64,000 bases of DNA, taken from an uncultured Gemmatimonadales bacterium (GTDB lineage Bacteria; Gemmatimonadota; Gemmatimonadetes; Gemmatimonadales; Gemmatimonadaceae). Made by a program: the position numbers and the translations under genes. How positions within the stretch are numbered: the stretch's first letter is position 1; each line of letters opens with the position of its first letter. This document shows positions 40,854-51,429 of this stretch, one piece after another. The DNA lies in contig CAWBZV010000002.1 of the NCBI GenBank assembly GCA_963793305.1, positions 128,001 through 192,000 on the forward strand. The letters run 5' to 3'. Under the pieces are notes generated by a model that had not been told where the DNA came from, did not search any database, and saw only the letters and a program-made list of their open reading frames with translations.

Positions 40854-41830
40854 GGTTCCTCGGCGAGATGACACCGCGACGTATGCCCGGCGGCGATCTG
40901 ATACAGCGGCGGACGCTCGTGCTCGCAGCGTTCCCACGCATACGCACACCGCGCGCGAAACCGACACCCGCCCGGCCAATCGGTGGCCGGCGGTACCGAC
41001 CCAGGGATGACCGCGAGTCGCCTACTCCGGTCAGCGGGAGTCGCGGCCGGAATGGCCTTCAACAAGCCGATCGTGTACGGGTGGTGTGGCTCGTCGAACA
41101 GCACGCCAACCGGGGCTTCTTCGACGACCTCCCCCGCGTACATCACGATCACGCGCGAGGTCGACTCCGCGATCACGCCGAGGTCATGCGTGATGAGCAA
41201 CATGGCCATCCCCATGCGCTCCCGGAGCTCAGCCAGGAGCTCGAGGATCTGAGCCTGGACGGTGACGTCGAGTGCGGTCGTCGGCTCATCGGCCAGCACG
41301 AGCTCAGGATGCATCACGAGCGCCATGGCGATGACCACGCGTTGCCGCATGCCACCCGAGAGCTGGTGCGGGTATTGGTCGAACCGGGCGGCCGGATCCG
41401 ACAGCCCGACCAGGCGGAGCATCTCGATCGCCCGTTCCCGCGCCTCTTTCCCAGGCGTGTGGTCATGAACGCGGAGCACCTCGGCGATCTGATCGCCGAT
41501 GCGCAACACGGGATTGAGCGCCGTCATTGGCTCCTGGAAGACCATGGAGACGCGGGAGCCACGGATCTGGCGCAACGATTCCGCATCGAGCGACATGAGG
41601 TCGGTCCCATCGAGCGCAATGTGCGAGCCTTCGACGATGCGACCGGGTGGGCGAATCAACCGCAAGATGGAGAACGCCGTGACCGACTTCCCGCAGCCGG
41701 ACTCGCCGACGAGCCCCACACTCTCGCCTGGGCCGACATCGAACGAGACGCCATCGACGGCGCGGGCGAGCCCCGCGTCCGTGTCGAAGACGGTTCGGAG
41801 GTCGCGAACGGACAAAATGGGCCTCGTCAT
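40838..41830 (-). CDS. oppD: Oligopeptide ABC transporter ATPase (OppD/DppD)
   Basis: [24 protein letters not shown] and GCRFRARC. Confidence 0.92.
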   Translation of the reverse strand: MTRPILSVRDLRTVFDTDAGLARAVDGVSFDVGPGESVGLVGESGCGKSVTAFSILRLIRPPGRIVEGSHIALDGTDLMSLDAESLRQIRGSRVSMVFQEPMTALNPVLRIGDQIAEVLRVHDHTPGKEARERAIEMLRLVGLSDPAARFDQYPHQLSGGMRQRVVIAMALVMHPELVLADEPTTALDVTVQAQILELLAELRERMGMAMLLITHDLGVIAESTSRVIVMYAGEVVEEAPVGVLFDEPHHPYTIGLLKAIPAATPADRSRRLAVIPGSVPPATDWPGGCRFRARCAYAWERCEHERPPLYQIAAGHTSRCHLAEEPWRRS

Positions 41831-42654
41831 CGCCCGGGAAGCTCGCGCGGGTCGAGGGCATCCCGCAAGCGGTCGCCGAGGACGTTGATCGACAACATCG
41901 TGGCGACGATGGCCAGGCCGGGAAACAGCGACAGCCACCAGAGGCCCACCCCCGTCGCATCGTGCATGATGTTGCCCCAGCTCGCGCGCGGCGGCTGGAT
42001 GCCGACGCCAATGAACGACAGCCCGGCCTCCAGCAAGATCGCGGAACCGAAGCTGATCGTGGCCGCGACGATCACGGGTGACATCACGTTCGGGAGGATG
42101 TGCCGCGCGAGGATGCGGGCGCCGGTCGCGCCGAGGGCGCGGGCGGCGAGGACGAACTCGCGGGACCCCGTGGCTTTGACCTCCGCTCGGACGAGCCGGC
42201 TGATCTGAAACCAACCCGTGGCGGCGAGAAACGCGATCAGGGCGCCGGGCGACGTGCCGCCCCAGAGCGCGATAACGGTGAGGACGAGCAGCACGCGCGG
42301 CATCGCCATGAGCGCGTCCACGGTGCGCATGAGCGCTTCGTCGATCCATCCGCCCGCGTACCCGGCGATCGCCCCGTATACGGTCCCAATGGCAACCGAT
42401 CCGAGCGCCGCCAGAGCGCCGACGCCGAGCGATACCCGTCCCCCGTAGAGCACGCGGGATAGGACGTCCCGGGACAGCGGATCAGTCCCAAACGGAAACG
42501 CTGACGAAGGCGGACGGCTCTTGAGCCCGACGATGTCGATTTGCTGCGCGGGCCCGTACCGCGCGAGCAGCGGCGCGAAGATGGCCGCTGCCACCAGCGC
42601 GACGAGCACGCCGAGGGCGAGCAGCACGACGGGATCGCGCATGAGCCGCTTCAC
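41827..42654 (-). CDS. oppC: Oligopeptide ABC permease (OppC/DppC)
   Basis: FGTDPLSRDVLSR, EFVLAARALGA and GDRLRDALDPR. Confidence 0.92.
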   Translation of the reverse strand: MKRLMRDPVVLLALGVLVALVAAAIFAPLLARYGPAQQIDIVGLKSRPPSSAFPFGTDPLSRDVLSRVLYGGRVSLGVGALAALGSVAIGTVYGAIAGYAGGWIDEALMRTVDALMAMPRVLLVLTVIALWGGTSPGALIAFLAATGWFQISRLVRAEVKATGSREFVLAARALGATGARILARHILPNVMSPVIVAATISFGSAILLEAGLSFIGVGIQPPRASWGNIMHDATGVGLWWLSLFPGLAIVATMLSINVLGDRLRDALDPRELPGR

Positions 42655-43625
42655 GTACGCATCCTGGGGTCGGCGACCGCATACAGCGCATCGGCGATGA
42701 GACTCCCCAGCACCACGGCGCCACTGCCGACGAGCGTGCACCCGATGACGACGGGCGCATCGCGCTGGCTGATGGCGTCAAACGCGAGGCGACCCATGCC
42801 AGGCCACGAGAACACTTGCTCGACAAACAACGCCCCGCCGAACAACGCCGGGAGCGTGAACCCGATGTTGGTGATCAGCGGCAGCAGCGCGTTGCGCAAC
42901 GCGTGCCGCACGATGACGTCGCGCTCGGGAACTCCCTTGGCTCTCGCGGTCCGCAGGTAGTCTTCGCCGGCGACATCGCGCATGGCGTTGCGCTGAAACC
43001 GCGCGATGCCGGCGACGCTCACCGCGGCCAACGTGATGGCCGGCAGAATCAGATGATCGATGCGGTCCCACAGACGGCCCCAGACGTTCATGTAGTCGTG
43101 GGTGATCGCCGTTACGGTTCCACCAGCCGGGAAAATGGGAATCACGTACGCGAAGACGAATAAAGCGATCTGCGCCAGCCAGAACTCGGGCAACGAGTAC
43201 AGCACGATAGCCGTCCCCATGGCGACCTGCCCACTCGTCGATCGGGGTTGGACGCTCCGTGCGACGCCGAGCACGAGTCCACCGATAAGACTGAGCGCAA
43301 TCGCGAGGCTCATCAGCAGGATCGTATTCGGCAACGCCTGCGCGATCATCTCGGCCACTGGCCGCTGCGTGATGTACGACTGCCCGAGATCGCCGCGCGC
43401 CGCGTGAGACAGAAATTCGCCGTAGCGGCTGAGCAGGGGACCATCGAGCCCGAGGCGGACGCGACATTGGGCTTGGACGGCCATGGTGATGCGCGGGTCG
43501 TCCGTCGCGCACGGATCCCCGGGGGCGATCGCGATCAGCCCAAAGGCGATCGTGGCGACGATGATGACAACGAGTAACGAGTGCAGCGCCCGCCGGCCGA
43601 TTCTCGGGGCCAGCGCGCGCAGCAC
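42651..43625 (-). CDS. oppB: Oligopeptide ABC permease (OppB/DppB)
   Basis: APGDP, GDLGQS, DYLRTARAKG, EQVFSWPGMG and DPR. Confidence 0.92.
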   Translation of the reverse strand: MLRALAPRIGRRALHSLLVVIIVATIAFGLIAIAPGDPCATDDPRITMAVQAQCRVRLGLDGPLLSRYGEFLSHAARGDLGQSYITQRPVAEMIAQALPNTILLMSLAIALSLIGGLVLGVARSVQPRSTSGQVAMGTAIVLYSLPEFWLAQIALFVFAYVIPIFPAGGTVTAITHDYMNVWGRLWDRIDHLILPAITLAAVSVAGIARFQRNAMRDVAGEDYLRTARAKGVPERDVIVRHALRNALLPLITNIGFTLPALFGGALFVEQVFSWPGMGRLAFDAISQRDAPVVIGCTLVGSGAVVLGSLIADALYAVADPRMRT

Positions 43626-43643
43626 GGGTAAGCGCCTACGGCG

Positions 43644-45314
43644 TCAGCGCGCGGCGGCGAGCCCGACGCGGTCGCGCGCCGTTCGCTCACCCGCCGGGAT
43701 GTACCATTGTGGCAACCGGATCCACCATCCGTCGGGCCGGAACGGCGCGGTGTGAATCCGCGCGCTGACGGCCGCGACGAGTTGCGGCTCGTAGAGCCAC
43801 ACGCCCGGCGCGTCGGCGACGATGATCTGGTACGCGTGACTGAAATGCGCCTTGGCTCCCGCGGGATCCAAATCGAGTATCGCGCTGTCGATCGCCGCGT
43901 CGAACTTCGGATCCGAGTAACTGAAGTAATTGATCCCGTCTTTCTCCGCGCCGGTCGTCCAGGTCTGTTTCGGATCGTTGGGCGAGAGATCGCTGACCCA
44001 TGATCCGAGGTACGTATCGAAGTCGTGCCCGTGGATCTCGCTCACGGTCACCGACATCTCGACCACGGACGGTGTGGCGGCAATGCCGACGCGCTGCAAC
44101 TGGTCCTGAATGAGCGACGCCATCCGCACGCGATACTTGCTCGACGACGGGGCGAGCACCTGGAAAGCGAGCTTCTGGCCGCCACGCGCGCGCATCCCAT
44201 CCTTGCCGCGCTTCCAGCCGAGCGAGTCGAGCAACCGGTCCGCGGCGACCGTGTCATATGGCGTCTGCGCGACCGTCGTGTCCGAGATGTGATTGAGTCG
44301 CGAGAACGGTCCTTTCGCGACGAGGCCGAGCGTGTCGAGCACGTTCCGCACCATCGAGACTCGGTCGAGCGAGAGGGCGATGGCGTGCCGGACGCCGGCG
44401 TCGGCGAACAGCGGGCGCTTCATGTTGAATCCGAGGAAGCCGTACGACGGTTGCGGATACACGACCGTGCGCAGGCTCGTGTGCTTGGCGACTTCCGGGA
44501 CGTCATCCGGGTGGATGACTTCGTACATGTCCGCCTCGCCGGTGTACAGCTTGACGAGCGCGGATTGATAGTCCGGCGCGATGTCCCACACGAGGCGATC
44601 GAGGAGCGGACGTCCGCGATAGTTCGCCGTATCCGCGATGAGCTCCACGGACTGGTTCGGCGTCCAGCGCACGAACCGGAACTTGCCCGAGCCGATCGGG
44701 TGGCTGGCCGCGTCCGACGCCCGCATCGACGCGACGGGGATGGGGGCCCACACGTGCGCGGGAATGATGCGCATCTGCGTGGCGGCGTCGAAGAACTGCG
44801 TCGGATAGCGCTGCGTGAACCAGAACGTCGCGGTCAGCGAGTCGGGCGTGGACACCGAGTCAATGCGGGCGACATTCGTGGCGATCCCCGATCCCATCGC
44901 GTGATCGGTGTACACCTTGTACGTGAACTGCACGTCCGCCGCGCGGACCGGCACGCCATCGTGCCACTTCGCGCGCGGATCGAGGTGAAACGCGATCGAC
45001 AACGAGTCCGGCGCCCACGTCCACCGGTCCGCGAGGCGCGGCGTGAATCCGTGGTCGCCGAGCATGTTCAGGCTGTCCCCGACGTCGGCCAGGTAATCGA
45101 AGACCATGTCGAGGATTTGCGCCGTCGTGATGTTGACCTGCGCGGGAGGCAGCAGCGTCTCGATGTTCGTCGGAATGGCGAAGACGACGGTGCCGCCGGC
45201 CTGACCAGTGGATGACGACGATCGGTCGCCGCCTTGGCAGGCCGTGAGTCCGAGCGCGATCATCGCGAGTGCGACGAGGCGTGGCATAGCGCGCAAAGGT
45301 GGATACCCCATCAT
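43644..45314 (-). CDS. oppA: Peptide ABC transporter substrate-binding lipoprotein (family 5)
   Basis: Lipobox LTAC; KWHDGVPVRAADVQFT, PIGSGKF and VRHAIALSLDR. Confidence 0.92.
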   Translation of the reverse strand: MMGYPPLRAMPRLVALAMIALGLTACQGGDRSSSSTGQAGGTVVFAIPTNIETLLPPAQVNITTAQILDMVFDYLADVGDSLNMLGDHGFTPRLADRWTWAPDSLSIAFHLDPRAKWHDGVPVRAADVQFTYKVYTDHAMGSGIATNVARIDSVSTPDSLTATFWFTQRYPTQFFDAATQMRIIPAHVWAPIPVASMRASDAASHPIGSGKFRFVRWTPNQSVELIADTANYRGRPLLDRLVWDIAPDYQSALVKLYTGEADMYEVIHPDDVPEVAKHTSLRTVVYPQPSYGFLGFNMKRPLFADAGVRHAIALSLDRVSMVRNVLDTLGLVAKGPFSRLNHISDTTVAQTPYDTVAADRLLDSLGWKRGKDGMRARGGQKLAFQVLAPSSSKYRVRMASLIQDQLQRVGIAATPSVVEMSVTVSEIHGHDFDTYLGSWVSDLSPNDPKQTWTTGAEKDGINYFSYSDPKFDAAIDSAILDLDPAGAKAHFSHAYQIIVADAPGVWLYEPQLVAAVSARIHTAPFRPDGWWIRLPQWYIPAGERTARDRVGLAAAR

Positions 45315-46018
45315 CCCTCGTCAAGCTTTTTCCGACGCCACGTCCACGCGTCGGAGGAATAGTGTTGGCTCAGGTGTCTGGCTTCGTCTCTCACCATCGG
45401 CTCCAGAGCCAATGTTACCGTGTCGACGATCGCGCCGAACGCATCGGCCAACTCTGCCGCCGTCGGCGCTCGACCGAGTGCCGCGCGCAACGTCGCGGGC
45501 TCGACGCCTTCTTGGTCATTATCAATGAGAATCGAGCCATGCTGTAGAACGACGCCGTGCTCCCTCCATTGGGCACTGCCGGCGATCTTGCGCCCATCAT
45601 ATATCAACTCGCCCGGGGACGGACCGGCAAAACAGGGCCCGGTTGTCGTCGTCGCACCGTTGGTCGCAATTGTTACGGGCGCTCCGAGATGCGCCAAAGT
45701 CGCGGCCAGCATCTGATTCAGCCGATCGTAGACGGCCCGAGGTCGCTCGACGGCGGGAAGGGTGAAGCTGTACGTCAGCTCGCGATGATGCAGGATCATG
45801 CGGCCGCCCGTAGGGCGCCGAACAATATCGACCCCGGGTCGGCTGAACGCCGGCTCGTTGCGTCCAAATGAAAGGGTCGGCCGGGACCACCCGTATACCC
45901 GAATGACGCCCTCACCCGTGCGCGAGGCTCGCCGCATGAGCGCGTGGTCCAACGCCATGTTCTCCGCACCCGCTAGCGGCTCGCTAACGACGAGCCGCCA
46001 GACGCTATTCGCCGACGT
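45311..46018 (-). CDS. LipM-like octanoyltransferase (small lipoate-protein ligase family)
   Basis: WRL...GAENMALDHAL, RRPTGGRMILH, CF...EL...GRKIAGSAQ and QHGSIL. The conserved N-terminus extends upstream of ATG 45958, so the start is uncertain. Confidence 0.8.
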   Translation of the reverse strand, partial: TSANSVWRLVVSEPLAGAENMALDHALMRRASRTGEGVIRVYGWSRPTLSFGRNEPAFSRPGVDIVRRPTGGRMILHHRELTYSFTLPAVERPRAVYDRLNQMLAATLAHLGAPVTIATNGATTTTGPCFAGPSPGELIYDGRKIAGSAQWREHGVVLQHGSILIDNDQEGVEPATLRAALGRAPTAAELADAFGAIVDTVTLALEPMVRDEARHLSQHYSSDAWTWRRKKLDEG

Positions 46019-46397
46019 GAGCGGCGTATTGCTGCGCGGTGAGCAGTCCGTCGCCAGCCGCCGGCGACTCGGCGGGCTCGATCTCGATCATCCAGCCGTC
46101 GCCGTACGGATCCGTGTTCACGAGCGCCGGCTCTTTATCGAGCCGCGGATTGATGGCGAGGACGGTGCCCGCGACGGGCGACATGAGATCCGAGACGGCC
46201 TTGACCGCCTCGATCGTGCCGAAGGTCTCGTGCGCGCTCAGGTGCGTGCCGACTTTCGGCAACTCGACGAATACGACGTCGCCGAGCTCACCCTGCGCGT
46301 AGTCGGTGATGCCAACGCGCGTGGGCTCGGTGCCGTTGACGCGGAGGTATTCGTGATCCTTCGTGTACAACAGGTCGGTCGGAATTTTGGAAGCCAT
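46005..46397 (-). CDS. gcvH: Glycine cleavage H protein (lipoyl carrier)
   Basis: YTKDHEY, GITDYAQGELGDVVFVELP, IEAVKA and NTDPYGDGWM. Confidence 0.96.
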   Translation of the reverse strand: MASKIPTDLLYTKDHEYLRVNGTEPTRVGITDYAQGELGDVVFVELPKVGTHLSAHETFGTIEAVKAVSDLMSPVAGTVLAINPRLDKEPALVNTDPYGDGWMIEIEPAESPAAGDGLLTAQQYAAHVGE

Positions 46398-47030
46398 CAA
46401 ATCGTGACGGTAGATGCGAGAGTGTCGGCTTCGCGCTCGAGCTCCGTCCACACGTGGGCGACTTTCGCCTCGAGATCGGTCATCGTCCCGGTATTGTCGA
46501 TGACGAAGTCCGCGCGAGCCCGCTTGAGCTCGGCCGGCATTTGCGCGGCGATCATGTCGAGCGCTTCGGTCTCGTCGAGTGAGCGTTCGTGCGTGAGCCG
46601 CTCCAAGCGCAGCGGCCGGGGCGCGTCGACGAGCACAATACGGTTGAATTCATCCGCCATCTTCTTTTCAAAGAGCAGCGGTACATCGCAGACGACGATT
46701 TTTTCGCCACGACCAACCGCATCGGCAACCAGACGGTCGCGCAAACGGTTGACTTCCGGATGAATGATCTGGTTGAGCTCTTCGAGCTCATCGTGGTCGG
46801 GAAAAACGAGAATGTCTGAGGGCGGCGCGGTCCAAGAGCCCGTCAGCAGCCACCACATCGTTGCCCCAACGCTCCACAATACGGTCGAAAGCGGGTGTAC
46901 CAGGCTCGACCGCGCGGCGGGACAATACGTCCGCATCTATGATCGTCGCGCCGCGCTCCGAAAAGAGGCGGGCAACCGTCGATTTCCCACTGGCGATATT
47001 CCCAGTGAGACCGACCAACAACGTCGTCAT
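46397..47030 (-). CDS. coaE: Dephospho-CoA kinase; apparent +1 frameshift near 46811
   Basis: GLTGNIASGKST...LDRAALR in one frame; VF..LNQIIHP, DVPLLFE and ADFVIDN in the next. They join at GAATGTC 46810-46816. Confidence 0.92.
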
Positions 47031-47061
47031 GAATGGCAAGCTAGGGGCAGAGAATTGCCTG

Positions 47062-47913
47062 TCAACAGGCTTGTTGGGCTACCCCATTGGTGCTGCCATT
47101 GGTCCCGCTCTCAACGCGGGGGGCACGCCGGCGAGGGCCCGCCGCTGCGGCTAAACGCGCGCTAGTGAGGAACGTATCAATGACGTAAGCAGCGCCGCCG
47201 CGGTCGCGGAGCTGCTGTGGCGTGGCCTGGAGATACCGCTGGCACGTATTGCGAAATGCGCTACCGGACGGGAAATCGAGCACCTGCGCGACGCTGTCGG
47301 CGCTCCGGTGCTTGTCCTCCAGCATGTGCGCGGCGACGATCAGGCGTCCCCACGTGAGCAACCGATGCGGTGGCGGAAACCCGGCATCCGCCAGCCGCCG
47401 GGTCAACAGGCGCCGGGGCACCGCGAGGAGCCGCGCAAACGCATCGGGCGTCAACCGCTCGTGCGCGCGCGTCACCGACGCCAGGACGGCGTCACGCGCT
47501 GTCGGCTTGAGGTCCCCGATCGCCCGCCGCAACAAGCTGGCGACGCTTCGCGCTTCGGCCTTGTCGACGTGCGCCAGGAGCGTGAGTGGCGCGTCGTCCG
47601 CGTCAGCCATGACGAGGCCATCGAATCCGCAGCGGCCGGCATCGAACATATCACGGGCTCGCTCCGGCGTGATCGTCACGTAGGCGACGAGCGCGACCCG
47701 AGGGAAGCGCAGCTTGAGCAAGCGCACGCTCTCGAAATTCGCCGTGCCGTCCGCGTAGATATCGATAACAGCCAAATGCACCGGCTCGCTGTCGCACATG
47801 CGCGTCAGCGACGACCAGTCCTCACAGGCAATGATCGAGTGCCGATCGCGGATCGCGGCGCGCAGCCGCTGGAGGCGGACCGGATTGGGGAGAAGCGTTG
47901 CAATGACTCCCAT
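47062..47913 (-). CDS. AraC-type transcriptional regulator with receiver-like N-domain
   Basis: N-terminal REC-like fold (HLAVIDIY); C-terminal AraC HTH (VAQVLDFPSGSAFRNTCQRYLQATP). Confidence 0.75.
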   Translation of the reverse strand: MGVIATLLPNPVRLQRLRAAIRDRHSIIACEDWSSLTRMCDSEPVHLAVIDIYADGTANFESVRLLKLRFPRVALVAYVTITPERARDMFDAGRCGFDGLVMADADDAPLTLLAHVDKAEARSVASLLRRAIGDLKPTARDAVLASVTRAHERLTPDAFARLLAVPRRLLTRRLADAGFPPPHRLLTWGRLIVAAHMLEDKHRSADSVAQVLDFPSGSAFRNTCQRYLQATPQQLRDRGGAAYVIDTFLTSARLAAAAGPRRRAPRVESGTNGSTNGVAQQAC

Positions 47914-48062
47914 GCGTCATGAAGACGCCAAACGGAGCGGCTGCGTCACCACTTCTACGAGATCCTAGCAGAAGGTGATACGGACGTCCCGTGGCGAAAC
48001 AGCGCCTGGCGCGCCATCTGCATACCGTATGGCCTCAGTAGCGCGAGGCAACGCCTGACGGC

Positions 48063-49215
48063 CTAACGCCGATCGCTACCCCGATGGGCCCCTGACGTCC
48101 CTGGACGGCGGGGGTTCTTCGTTTCTCCCCCCCGATCGCGAGGAGGCCCTCGCCTGGGGTCTGACCTGGGAGCGGGAGACGTTGCCGGCGGAGCCGGAGC
48201 GCGCCTTTCGCGCCCGAGCAAATGCACTGCCGCCGCCGCGATCTCGATGCCGTCATAGCTGTCCAGGAGAGGCTCCAGCCAGGTTAGCTCGGCTGCGGGC
48301 ACTCCCGCCTCCAGAATGCGGCGGATCTCCTCGACGCGCTGCCTGGCGCGGTCCAGCGGCCCACTGAGCGTGAGCGGCGTGGCTCCAGGCAACCGGGCCA
48401 ACTCCCCCCGTTCAGCCAGCGCGACGATTTGCACGGGCGCTGACTGCACGACCGCGGCCATCTCAGCCGCATCGAGCGGGACGTCATAAAGCACAACCAG
48501 CGCCGCGCTCTCCGCGACAGTATCCCGCGCGACCCGCACCGCGTTTGCTTCGCCATAACCAAGGGCTCGTACGATCGCGCGCGCGGTCTGTTCCGAGGCG
48601 TCGGTGCGTGTCCAGACGATCGCCGACGGTGGATCGAGATCGTCGAGCAGGCGCCGGAGCGCCGTGGGTCGGTTGCCGGAACGTCACGCCGACATATCGC
48701 ATGCCGACGACGGACGCAGCCGGTGGAGTCCCGGCGACCCGGCGTGCGCGCCTCGCGTAGCGCTCGACGAGCGATTCGATCTCGGGCGTCGCCGCCAGTG
48801 CCGCCGTCGCCACAATCGTACGCGCCGAGTCCTTTGGTACCTCGGCCATGACTGCTTCGAGCGCCGGCCCGGCGCCAACCCATGCCATGACCAGCGCTCC
48901 GAGCCCGTCGAGCTTGAGCCGCGACCGCGCGATGAGGCCCTGGATGACCTCTGGCGGCCCGATCACGATCGCCGGAGGCGTCACACGCGCCGCGCGACCA
49001 ACCAATGTCGCCGCGAGCACGTCAGATCGGCCAAGTGCAGTGGCGATCGACACGGCGGTTTCCGCGTCTGGTGTCAGCACGAGAACAGCCGGGCCGCCGG
49101 AGCCAACATGCTCCAGCACCGGCGTCATAAAAGTCGAGACTGATGATGGATCAGCGGGGAGAACGAACAGCGTGTGCACGGATAGCGCAGGGGATGAAGA
49201 CGCGGTAACATACAT
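48063..49215 (-). CDS. Degenerate DEAD-box (DeaD-like) helicase homologue; apparent +1 frameshift near 48680
   Basis: VLVLTP, IVIGPPE and LKLDGLGALVMAW resemble motifs Ia, Ib and II. Removing one base at GAACGTC 48679-48685 gives LRRLLDDLDPPSAIVW..., continuous with ORF 48063-48539. Start uncertain. Confidence 0.65.
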
Positions 49216-49216
49216 C

Positions 49217-50378
49217 GTGACGACGACACTCGCGCCCGCGTTCGCGCCATCGGCGAACGTATCCCACATCAAAGAGTCCGCCACGCTCGCCGTGGCGAGC
49301 CGCGCCCGGGCGCTCAAAGCCGCGGGACGCGAGATCCTCGATCTCGGAGCTGGCGAGCCCGACTTCGACACGCCGGAATTCATTCGCCGCGCCGCGCAGA
49401 AGGCGATTGATTCGGGTGCCACGCGCTATACGGCGACTGAGGGCATCCTGCCGCTCCGCCAAGCGATCGCGGCCCAGGCCAACGCCGACCCGGCCGAGGT
49501 CGTGGTGTCCACGGGCTCCAAGCAGTCGCTGTTCAATGCGTGCTTCGCGCTCTTTGGGCCCGGAGAATGAAGTCTTGGTGCCGACGCCGAGTTGGACCTC
49601 GTACTACGAGATGGTCTCGCTGGCGCGCGCCAAAGCGGTCCCCGTGCACGGCCATGTCACGCGCGGGCTCAAGGTCACCGCGGACGAGCTGGCTCGTGCG
49701 GCAACGTCGCGCACGAAAGGTCTGATGCTGAACTCGCCATGTAACCCAACCGGCTCGGTGTACACGGCCGACGAGCTGAGCGAGATCCTGGAGCTCGCGG
49801 TTAGCCGTGGGTGGTGGGTGATCAGCGACGAAATTTATCAGAGAATCGCCTACGAATATCCCGCTCCGTCGGCACTATCGCTCATGCCCAATGGCAGTCG
49901 CGACCGCCTCGTATTGATCAACGGCGTCGCCAAGAGCTTCGCGATGACGGGATGGCGGATCGGCTGGGCGATCGCCCCAAAGCCCGTCGCGGCGGCGATG
50001 AACGCCCTCCAATCCCACACGACGTCGAACCCCGCGACGCCCTCGCAGTACGCTGCCCTCGCCGCCCTAACCGATACGGCAGCAGCCGACGCCGCGATCC
50101 AGCATATGGTCGCGACGTTCCGCGAGCGGCGCGATGCCGCCATGACCATTCTGGACTCGGCTGGCGTCACCTATATTCGACCGGACGGCGCCTTTTACCT
50201 GTATGTTCGCGTCGGCGACGGTGACGCGTTTGCTACGCGCCTAATGGATACGCACGGTGTCGCCGTGGTCCCCGGCTCGGCCTTCCTGACGCCCGAATGG
50301 GTGCGGCTCTCGTATGCGGCGCCTACGACGACCGTGACCGAGGGTGTCAAACGACTGACGTTGCTGCTCAAGAGCTAG
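49217..50378 (+). CDS. PLP-dependent class I aminotransferase (AspC-like); apparent +1 frameshift near 49566
   Basis: LGAGEPDFDTP, GSKQSL, PG[D]EVLVP, NSPCNPTG, SDEIY and AKSFAMTGWRIG. Confidence 0.92.
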
Positions 50379-50468
50379 GCGACGAGGCGCGAACCCGACC
50401 GCCAGGTCGGCTCGACAGGCAACCGCTGGCGCCAAAGGCGCCTTCCGCAGCGTCAACCGCCGAGGAGA

Positions 50469-51425
50469 TTAGTTCTGGTGGTCGAGGCACCAGTCTGATG
50501 CGCCGTGAAAGATCTCGAGCCAGTGCCCTGACTTGTACTTGAGCACGATCGGGAAGCTATCACCGCCATAGCGCCACCCTTCGATGACGACTTCGTCCAC
50601 GCCATCGCCGTCGATGTCGAGGTGATCGACATAGCGGCGATACTCGGCGTGCGCGGCCGATCCATCGACGGTCTTCACGAACGACGGCGAGTAGTCGGTC
50701 CCGTCCCAATCGGCGATGACGAAGACGTACGAGGTCTCGTCGCCATGCGCGGCCGCCTCCTCGGCGTTCGGGTCGATAAACGACGCGATGAGCGTCGGCT
50801 GAGCCGTGGCACCCGTATTGATCGCCAGGCCATGATAATCGAGCGAATCGAGGCGTGTCTTCGGGATGCCGGCGCCCGTGCCGACTTTCATGGCGATGTC
50901 GCGCGCCTTGGTCAGCGCGTCTTCGCGCGTCAGCGGCTGGGGCTTCTGCGCTTGTGTCGCGCCCGGCAGCGGCGTTCCCGACGCAAGAAACTCGACGGTG
51001 ATGCCCGCTTTGACCTTGCTATCGAGCGCCACGGCCGAGAGAGGCGTGAGCAAGTGGCAGTTCGGCAGCGAATAGAGCGGCATGCCAGGCTTCTCCCACA
51101 TGCCTTGCTTCACGGTCGCGGTGCCAGCGACCTGGCCATCCTGATAGAGCGTGTAGTTCGCGCCGGACCGGGTGTAGATGCGATCGAACGATTTCCATCC
51201 GGGCGCATCGAGCACGATCCCGCGCAGGTGTCCGCCTTCGACTGTCCCGATGGGAATCATGCGCGGATCTTCCCGCTCGCCGAAGACCTCGAACAAGACG
51301 TTGGGCCGCTTGGACAGATCAAGCACCGCGCTCTGCGATGCGCCCCCGGAGTCGGACTCCGTAGCGTGCTTGTCGCAGCCTAGCGCTGCGATTACCATAA
51401 CGCACAGTGCGACGCGGGCGATCAC
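50469..51425 (-). CDS. Hypothetical lipoprotein with a C-terminal Ca-binding-like loop
   Basis: Lipobox ALGC; DHLDIDGDGVDEVV (FG-GAP/VCBS-like loop). Confidence 0.75.
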   Translation of the reverse strand: MIARVALCVMVIAALGCDKHATESDSGGASQSAVLDLSKRPNVLFEVFGEREDPRMIPIGTVEGGHLRGIVLDAPGWKSFDRIYTRSGANYTLYQDGQVAGTATVKQGMWEKPGMPLYSLPNCHLLTPLSAVALDSKVKAGITVEFLASGTPLPGATQAQKPQPLTREDALTKARDIAMKVGTGAGIPKTRLDSLDYHGLAINTGATAQPTLIASFIDPNAEEAAAHGDETSYVFVIADWDGTDYSPSFVKTVDGSAAHAEYRRYVDHLDIDGDGVDEVVIEGWRYGGDSFPIVLKYKSGHWLEIFHGASDWCLDHQN

Positions 51426-51429
51426 GGAA

